Assembly: GCA_964016885.1 (NCBI GenBank)
Contig: OZ024757.1
Span: 26,536,001 to 26,600,000 of the forward strand
Source of the DNA: Eledone cirrhosa
Taxonomy: Eukaryota
Direction of reading: 5' to 3'
Length of the DNA: 64,000 nucleotides
The translations under genes were made by a program, and so were the position numbers. This document shows, piece after piece, positions 52,201 to 62,600 of the stretch. Position 1 is the stretch's first letter, and every line of letters starts with the position of its first letter. Below the pieces are notes generated by a model. The model had not been told where the DNA came from, searched no databases, and was given only the letters and a program-made list of their open reading frames with translations.

Positions 52201-55200
52201 TTTACCATGAAAATACAATAGTGTATATAGAGTAATGTAAATGCTAAAGGGTTGAGGGGAGAGTACAGTTCTATTCATCTTTGTTTCAGCACCAGAGTGG
52301 ATAAATCAAAAGAGAAAGTACCACAACAGACCATAACACAGTACTACTCTCAGTTTAATGATGATGGTGAGCAAGAAGACAATAATGGAAGGTAGGTGAA
52401 ATAATGACTTTCTTGGATCAACATCTCAGCCTCTGGGGTGAGGACAGACATGGCTGTGTGTTGAAACCATTTGATACTAAACCACCTGAAACAGGCCCTG
52501 GTTCTATGTCTTTATTTTTAGATGTAAAGCAGTCAATTCAATGATCTTGTAGCTCTGCCAATTTGCCACCTTTTATGTACAGGGTAACAAATTCTTTTCT
52601 TTCTCTCTTCAAACACCCAGTTTAGACTTCCCTTTGTGGCTGTTTAACCCCGTTTGATATCAAACTAACTAGCTCTATGGTGGTTGGTGATAGGAAGGGC
52701 ATCCAGCTGTAGAAACCCTGTTCCCAATACATACTAAAATGGTTGGTGTTAAGAGGGGCATCCAGCCAATAGAAACTACAACCATGTACTGGGAACATGG
52801 CTTCTCTGGCTGTGTACTCTTTTTAATACGAACCACTTTACTGTGTGTACTAGGAACATTTTATCATGACTCCAGCAATACCACCTTACAAGGTGCTATT
52901 TGTCATGACACCAACACATTTTATCATGACTCTGGCAGTACCACCTTACAGAGTGAACTGGGTGCTTTTTGTCATGGCACCAGAACTATCGAAAAGGTTA
53001 ATGAATGAAATAATTAATTACTATCTTTTATATTTCTATAGGCAACCAAACGAAGCCCTAATGCAAGCACTACTAGAGTCCTGGCAAGCTCTTGAGTACC
53101 ACATGGATGATGCTAGCAGTACAAGCAGTGAGAGGCCACCTGTTCCAGCCTACTGTACACTTGGATATCTGCTCACTTGGAAATTACAGCTACATTTTAT
53201 CAAGACAGCAACCAGTGAGGTAAGACCTACTATGTGTTACTGCAGTGTAGTGCAGTGTATTACAATGTAGTGTAGTGCCATGTAGTATAGTGTAGTGCAG
53301 TCTATGTCTCCCTGCTTGTGACTCACTGGGACCTGATTTTAACAGTTTCGGTATCCTGTATATCTAGTCAGCTTCTAATGTCATTGCTATGATCTATGTG
53401 GCAGCAAATTGGCAGAGATGTTAGAAAGTCAGATAGAATGCTTTGATGCTTTGCAGTGTTTGTTTCGACTATCTGCTATCTGAGTTCAAATCCCACTGAG
53501 GCCAACTTTACGTTTTGAGGTTCAGAAAACAAGTACCTGTCAAGTACCCGTTTCGATTCTTACTTTATATCTCTTTCTCATTTCAATTTCCTCACTCTCA
53601 ATTCTCTGGTTGGATAATATCCAGGAACTTGGCTGGTCTCGTTTGGAGATCCAGCCGGATCAGTTGGAGACGGTTACTTCTGACAGGACCCACTGGAAGG
53701 ATTGGTTTCATGCTTAGGAAGAAGTAAACAAGGGTTTCAACTTGGCGGACATAAGTCCTTCTTCTTCGGAGAGAGAAAAGGTTAGAACATTGGAGTTTGA
53801 GAAGAAAAACAATATATATATGTATATATGACATGGAGGCACATGGCTTAGTGGTTAGAGCATTGGGCTTGCAATCGAAAGGTTGTGAGTTCAATTCTCA
53901 GACCGGGTGATGTGTTGTTTCCTTGAGCAAGACACTTTATTTCACATTGCTCCAGTTTACTCAGCTGTAGAAATGAGATGATAGGGACTGGGGTCCCTAT
54001 CATTCCACTGCAAAGTGGTCGTGGAGGTGCCACGGCAAAAAAGCACCCAGCACTCACTGTAAATGAGGTTGGTGTTAGGAAGGGCATCCAGCTGTAGAAA
54101 TCAAGCCAGAATCGGTTCCCGTCCCACCCTTGCAAGCAGGGAAAAAGCGGACGTAAAATGAAATGATGATGATGATGACAAATGATATGAGTGTCTTCAA
54201 TATATAAAATACCTGATTACATTTATTGTATTCAGCCATGTAGAGCGAACATTTTTTTCTCTTATTTGAATGTGGCAAAGCTGGCCATTGATCGCTCGTA
54301 TACAGGAAACTGACTGGCCAGTCTGCTGATATGCAAATTTGGCCGATCGGTGGTTCTGGTAATATGCAGATCTGACTGATCAGCCAGTCTGCTAATATGC
54401 AAATCAGGCCGATTAGTCACTGTGTCTTTACTTTCAATATATTTGTACTAAAATGTGATTTTTCTGTGTTTCCCCAGCTAAGAGCTGAATACCTCCGCTA
54501 TCTTGACACTCTGAGCCTTATCGATGTCTTTCTCTCGGACATCTTTTCTCTCATCCCTACATCTCTTGTTTCAACCTACCAACCGAGGAAAGAGGAAGTG
54601 GCAAATGTCACCTCAGCCTTTAAAAGAGATCTGCCCTGTACATCAAGTAAGTTGTTAGCCATTTTTTATATTTCTAACCTAGTCCACCTATTTCTATACT
54701 GATTCCAATGCAGGGGGGTTCTATAGAAGTGGTTGATAGCTTCCGGTACCTAGGTGATCAGATTAGCATGGGAGGGGAGTGTTCCGAGGCCATAGTATCT
54801 AGAATGACGGGTTGGAAGAAGCTTCTTCTGTTGACAAAGAAGGGTTTCTCTCTGCCTACGAAAGGATGGTTATATGATGCCTGTGTGAGATGCGCGATGC
54901 TGCATGGTAGTGAGACATGGGCAGCAACTGCAGAGGATATGCGACGGCTGGAGAGAAATGAAGCAAGTATTCTCCGTTGGATGGGCAATGTCAATGTGCG
55001 TGAATGACCAAGCATGGACGAGTTGACAAAGAAACTGGGTATAAGAGGGATAAGTTGTGGTGTGCGGCAGAGAAGACTGCATTGATATGGACATGTGATG
55101 CGCATGGAGGATGACCGCTGGGTAAAGAAGTGCCAAGATATCCCAGTAGAAGGAAGACACAGTAGAGGTAGACCACGTAAAACATGGGTGGAGGTGGTGA

Positions 55201-56194
55201 GAGCAGACCTCAGATCGCTGAAACTCACGGAGGAGATGACGAAGGACCGTGACAATTGGAGAGATGCTGTGCTGAATAGGACCCGTCCAAGCAGGGAAAA
55301 GCGGACGTAAAATGATGATGATGATGATGATAGATAGATAGGTATGTGTGAAGCATATATACAGTATGCACCACCCCACCTCTTATGAGGACAAACTGAA
55401 GTATGCCTCCAGTCCACGATAAAAAGCACCCAGTACACACTGTAAATGAGGCTGGTATTAGGAAGGGCATGTAGCTGTAGAAACCAAGCCAAAATCAGTT
55501 CTGTATAAGCAAGACATGGTCACCTGACCTAGCATTGTCCAGGACAACTTGCATGGAAAAATGGACGTAACCAGTGATGATATAATCATATAATTGTTTC
55601 TACTTTTGGCACAAGGCCAGTAATTACCCAGTAAATTACTCGTACTTTATTTTATCATAATGCAAAATTATAAGAAAGTTAAGGATAATTATTAAATCTT
55701 GGATTTCTACGCACGCTTCAATATGGCTAAAATATCACATACATTTGCAAAACAATTGGAAATGATTAGTTTACAATTATCCACATCATGAGTGCTTTAT
55801 TCCAACCGTATCTCTTCAGGAAATCTTATTCAGAACAAAACATAAAATAATAAATATCAACAATAAGACAATATCAAGATATATATATATATATGTATAT
55901 TCTGTTTATTATTGGCCCGAGTGAATGGGCCTACTCTGAGTATATATCTGTAAATTAAAGGTGGAAAACTGGGAGAGGGCACTTGCCTTGGTGGTCAGGG
56001 TCATTGTGGCTTTTTACTGGGCTTTATCCACAAATGTCCCTCCGAAGTCTCCCCCCTATTGGGGAATTTTTCATTGTTATTTTTTGTTTTTTTACACGCA
56101 GAAATGCCCATTTGTACCGTCCTGCATTGTCCTGCACTGTCCTTAATGTCTACTTTATGTAAACCCTTGTGGTTAATAAAGAAATCATTATTGG

Positions 56195-56237
<43 letters not shown>

Positions 56238-56248
56238 CTGTGTATATA

Positions 56249-56286
<38 letters not shown>

Positions 56287-56306
56287 ACTGTGTACATCTG
56301 TATATA

Positions 56307-56351
<45 letters not shown>

Positions 56352-56378
56352 CTGTGTACATGTGTACATCTGTATATA

Positions 56379-56417
<39 letters not shown>

Positions 56418-56440
56418 CTGTGTACATCTGTATATATATA

Positions 56441-56487
<47 letters not shown>

Positions 56488-56517
56488 CTGTGTACATCTG
56501 TATATATGTGTGTGTGT

Positions 56518-56593
<76 letters not shown>

Positions 56594-56612
56594 CTGTGTA
56601 CATCTGTATATA

Positions 56613-56664
<52 letters not shown>

Positions 56665-59600
56665 TATATATATAACTGTGTACATCTGTATATATGTGTG
56701 TGTATATATATATATATATATATCCTATAAACTATAGAGGTATAAAGTTGATGGACCAGGTCATGAAAGTAACAGAAAGAGTTATAGCACAGCTGATTAG
56801 GGACCGGGTGAATATAGACGAGATGCAATTTGGGTTTGTTCCAGGGAAAGGCACCACTGATGCGCTCTTCCTTGTGAGGCAATTACAGGAAAAGTACCTA
56901 GCTAAAAGTAAGCCACTCTACTTGGCATTTGTCGACCTTGAGAAAGCCTTTGACAGAGTTCCACGTGCAGTAATCTGGTGGGCTCTTAGAAAACTAGGAG
57001 TAGATGAATGGCTTGTGAAAGCGGTACAAGCCATGTATAGGGGAGCAGTCAGCAAAGTTAGGATTGGCAATGAGTATAGCGAGGAATTTAGCGTACAGGT
57101 TGGGGTCCACCAGGGCTCTGTTCTTAGCCCTCTCCTGTTCATCATAGTCCTGCAGGCAATAACGGAGGAGTTTAAGACCGGATGCCCATGGGAACTCCTG
57201 TATGCTGATGACCTCGCACTCATAGCTGAATCTATGGTAGAACTAGAGAATAAATTCCAAACCTGGAAGCAGGGACTAGAGAGAAAGGGCCTCAAAGTCA
57301 ACATGACAAAGACTAAGGTCCTTATAAGTAGACGAGAAAACAGAACCCAGATCCCCTCAGGGAAATGGCCTTGCTCAGTATGTAGGAAAGGTGTAGGTAG
57401 GAACTCCATTCTTTGCCCCAAATGCAAACAATGGGTACACAAGAGATGTAGCGGGATCTCAGGAAGCTTAATTAAGAATGTAGGATTCACATGCAGCAGC
57501 TGTGCTGAAACAGCAAGCAAACAGCCACAGGAAACAAGTACCACCAATCTCTGGGAGGGCCCTGTAGAAACAGTAGACAGCTTCTGCTACCTAGGTGACC
57601 GAATTAGCAACGGAGGTGGGTGCTCAGAAAGTACAATAACTAGGGTAAGAACGGGATGGAAGAAGTTTAGGGAACTACTACCACTGCTAGCTGCAAAAGG
57701 CTTCTCCCTCAGAATGAAAGGCAGACTGTATGATGCGTGTATCCGAACAGCGATGTTGCATGGTAGTGAGACCTGGGCGCTGAAGGTGGAAGACTTACGT
57801 AGATTAGAGAGAAACGAAGCCTGCATGCTCCGATGGATGTGTAACAGTAATATACGTGAACGACAAAGCATAAATGAATTGAGAGAGAGACTGAGCATAA
57901 GAGGAATCAAATGCTGCGTGCAGGAGAGGCGGTTACGCTGGTATGGACATGTGATGCGTATGAAGGATGACAGCTGCATAAAAAGGTGCAGAGCACTAGA
58001 AGTTGATGGAAACCGCGGAGTGGGGAGACCCAAGATGACTTGGGATGAGGTGATAAAAGCCGACCTTACCCAACTACACCTCTCAAAGTCAATGACACAC
58101 GACCGTGACTTCTGGCGTCACGCAGTAATACAGGGTACCCGACCTCCCATGGGTACATGCTGAAGCATATAAACAATATGCCCCCCCCCCCCCCCCACCG
58201 CAAGGTGGTCGTGGAGGTGCCACGGCAAAAAAGCACCCAGCCCACACTGTAAAGTGGACGTGTAGGCGCCACGAAAAAGCACCCAGCACTCACTGTAAAT
58301 GAGGTTGGTGTTAGGAAGGGCATCCAGCTGTAGAAATCAAGCCAGATCAGTTCCTGTATGAGCAAGGCATGGTCAGCCGACCAGACACTGCCCACAACAG
58401 GACAACCCGTCTAACCCATGCTAGCGTGGAAGAACGGACGTAAAACGGTGATGATGATGATGATGATATCCTAAGATAGGATGATGAGGTAGTTGTATCA
58501 GTGAGTGGTATGATGGTTGTAAAGGTAGATAGTTAGGTCATGTGACTCCTGTGAACTCTTGTTCCACTGCTTAGACATTTCATATACCCCTCCCCTATCT
58601 TTACAATTGTTTTCTACGTTGACATGGTTACTGACTACAACTGTTTCTTATGACTTGTAGCGCCCTCTTCTGGTAAATTACTCCAAGACCTTGCCTGTAT
58701 GTTGTATGAAGAAGCTCTGGAGACCATTCCTGCACTGATCAGAACTTGGTGGCTCAAACAGAATCGTTCTTTTGCCTCCTTCATTGACAAGTAACTATTT
58801 CATTTATTTCTCTTCTTCTTCTCTCTTTTCTCCTTCTTTTCTTTTTGTCTCTGACTTTTTTTGTGTATTTTTTACTTTCTCTCTCCCTGAGTAATCAGAA
58901 GAAGGAAGGAAAGCGTAAAAGCCAAACTGACTATCTTCAATTCTGTTTTCTTACCAGTCCTTACCTATGGTCATGAATCTTGGGTACTGACCAAAAGAAT
59001 ACGATCATGAATACAAGCGGCTGAAATGGGATTCCTCTGAGGGGTCATTGGAGTAACGTTACTCGATAAAGTGTGTAACTCGGAGATCAGAGAGTCACTC
59101 CGCTACTTCTCCAAATTGAGAGATCACAGCTACGATACTATGGGCATGTGGTTAGAATGTCTGGACAGATTTTATGGGCAAAACTAACCGGCAGGAGACC
59201 CACGGGTAGACCCCGAATAAGATGGTTTGATGACATCCATGAGCTTGGCTGGTCTTGCTTGGAAATCCAGCCAGAAAGTTGGAGATGGTTGCTTTTGACA
59301 AAAGCCGCAGGAAGGAGGGTTTGAGGACTGTATATTTATGAATTTGAGCCATCTGTTACCCCTATTTGATTCCTGTATATGTGTTTATGAATTTGAGCCA
59401 TCCCTTACCCATATTTGATTCATTTATGTGTGTGTTTGTGTATTTGAGCCCTCTCTTACCCATTTTTGATTACTGTATGTATGTGTTTGTGTATTTGATC
59501 AAGTCTTTAACTATATTTGATCCCTGTATCTGTTGTTTTACTTCCAGCTTCACCAAGCTGTTCATCAGTCCAGTTTTATGTAAGAAGGAAATATCAAACC

Positions 59601-62600
59601 TGCTGAGTATGGAAATGAACTTGGCCAACATCACAGTGAGTATAGCTTTTGATGGGTCTGGTGGGAGTATAACTTTTATAGGATTATAGCTGTTTAGAAT
59701 CACCACCAACACCATCACTCCTACTACTATCACCAACACTAGTACCACCACCATCATCAGCGTATGATATTGTGTTCTTGAACAGTTTGTGTAATTCATT
59801 TTAGTTATTCTGTAGACATAGTACTTATTCTGTAGACATAGTAGTTAGTCTGTAGACATAGTACTTAGTCTGTAGACATAGTAGTTATTCTGTAGACATA
59901 TTTTTTATTCTGTAGACATAGTAGTTATTCTGTAGACATATTAGTTAGTTTGTAGACAAATAGAACCTATCTTCTATAAGTAATTTATCATATTATCGAT
60001 ACCATCATACCATCACTATACCACACCACTACCACTACACCACACCACTACCACTAACATTACAACTACTATACAACCACCATACCATCACTACACCACT
60101 ACCATTACAACTACTATACCACCACCATACCATCACTACACCACACCACTACCATTACAACTACTATACCACCACTATACCACACCACTACCACTACCAT
60201 TACAACTACACCACACCACTACCATTACAACTACTATACCACCACCATACCATCACTATACCACGCCACTACCACTACCATTACAACTACACCACACCAC
60301 TATCATTACAACTACTATACCTCCACCATACCATCACTACACCACACCACTACCATTACAACTACTATACCACCACCATACCATCACTACACCACACCAC
60401 TACCATTACAACTACTATACCACCACCATACCATCACTATACCACACCACTACAACTACACCACACCACTACCATTACAACTACTATACCACCACCATAC
60501 CATCACTACACCACTACCACTACCATTACAACTACACCACACCACTACCATTACAACTACTATACCACCACCATACCATCACTACACCACTACCATTACA
60601 ACTACACCACACCACTACCATTACAACTACTATACCACCACCATACCATCACTATACCACACCACTACCACTACCATTACAACTACACCACACCACTACC
60701 ATTACAACTACTATACCACCACCATACCATCACTACACCACTACCATTACAACTACACCACACCACTACCATTACAACTACTATACCACCACCATACCAT
60801 CACTACACCACACCACTACCACTACCACTACACCACACCACTACAACTACTATACCACCACCATACCACACCACTACCACTACAACTACACCACACCACT
60901 ACCATTACAACTACTATACCACCACCATACCATCACTACACCACTACCACTACCATTACAACTACACCACACCACTACCATTACAACTACTATACCATCA
61001 CCATACCATCACTACACCACACCACTACCACTACCATTACAATTACTATACAACCACCATACCATCACTATACCACACCACTACCACTACCATTACAACT
61101 ACACCACACCACTACCATTACAACTACTATACCACCACCATACCATCACTATACCACACCACTACCACTACCATTACAACTACACCACATCACTACCATT
61201 ACAACTACTATACCACCACCATACCATCACTATACCACACCACTACCACTATCATTACAACTACACCACACCACTACCATTACAACTACTATACCACCAC
61301 CATACCATCACTATACCACACCACTACCACTACCACTACACCACACCACTACAACTACTATACCACCACCATACCATCACTATACCACACCACTACCACT
61401 ACAACTACACCACACCACTACCATTACAACTACTATACAACCACCATACCATCACTACACCACACCACACCACTACCATTACAACTACTATACCACCACC
61501 ATACCATCACTACACCACTACCACTACCATTACAACTACACCACCACCCTAACTGTTACTATTCCACTAACAGAAGCTGTGTATGTCTGTATCTTTCAGG
61601 TCCGTGCCCGTCCAATGAGCCGTGAGATAATAGCTGTGTATACACTGGATGATGTTAGTATCGAGATGGTGATATCATTACCAGAGAACTACCCCCTGGG
61701 GACCATAAGTGTCCATAGTGACCAGAGGAAAGGGATCTCCAGTAACATCTCCAAGAAATGGCTACTACAGTTGAATATTTTCTTACAACATCAGGTAAGT
61801 TTTGTGGAATTACGCCCAGTACACTCTGTAAAGTGGTAGTAGTGCTGCTGCCATGATAAAATACACCCTGTACACTCTGTAAAGTGGTAGTGCTGCTGCT
61901 GCCATGATAAAATACACCCTGTACACTCTGTAAAGTGGTAGTAGTGCTGCTGCCATGATAAAATACACCCTGTACACTCTGTAAAGTGGTAGTAGTGCTG
62001 CTGCCATGATAAAATACACCCTGTACACTCTGTAAAGTGGTAGTGCTGCTGCTGCCATGATAAAATACACCCAGTACACTCTGTAAAGTAGTAGTGCTGC
62101 TGCCATGATAAAATACACCCAGTACACTCTGTAAAGTGGTATATAGTAGCACTAGTACTAAGGTGGTTGTTATATTTTACTATAGTTGAAGACACTTGCC
62201 CAAGGTACCACATAGTGGGAGGGAACAGCCACATGATTTCAGGTTCTATCCTACCACCTCCACCAACACTACCACCTCCACCATCATTACCACCTCCACC
62301 ATCACTACCACCTCCACCATCATTACCACCTCCACCATCACTACCACCTCCACCAACACTACCACCTCCACCATCATTACCACCTCTACTCACCATCCAA
62401 CGCTCCACCATCACTACCACCTCTACTCACCATCCAACGCTCCACCATCACTACCACCTCTACTCACCATCCAACTCTCCACCATCACTACCACCTCTAC
62501 TCACCATCCAACGCTCCACCATCACTACCACCTCTACTCACCATCCACTTCACTATCCACCCAACCTCCCACACCTCACTGTCACACAGCCCCACCCACT

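Noticed and set aside
53835-53910. tRNA gene-like sequence (also heads at 26648, 32605, 38587, 43535)
   Set aside because: A/B boxes belong to SINE heads that continue into the SINE body; no complete cloverleaf
56918-58033. Minus-strand ORFs of 209 and 148 aa
   Set aside because: Antisense shadows of the RTE reverse transcriptase ORF
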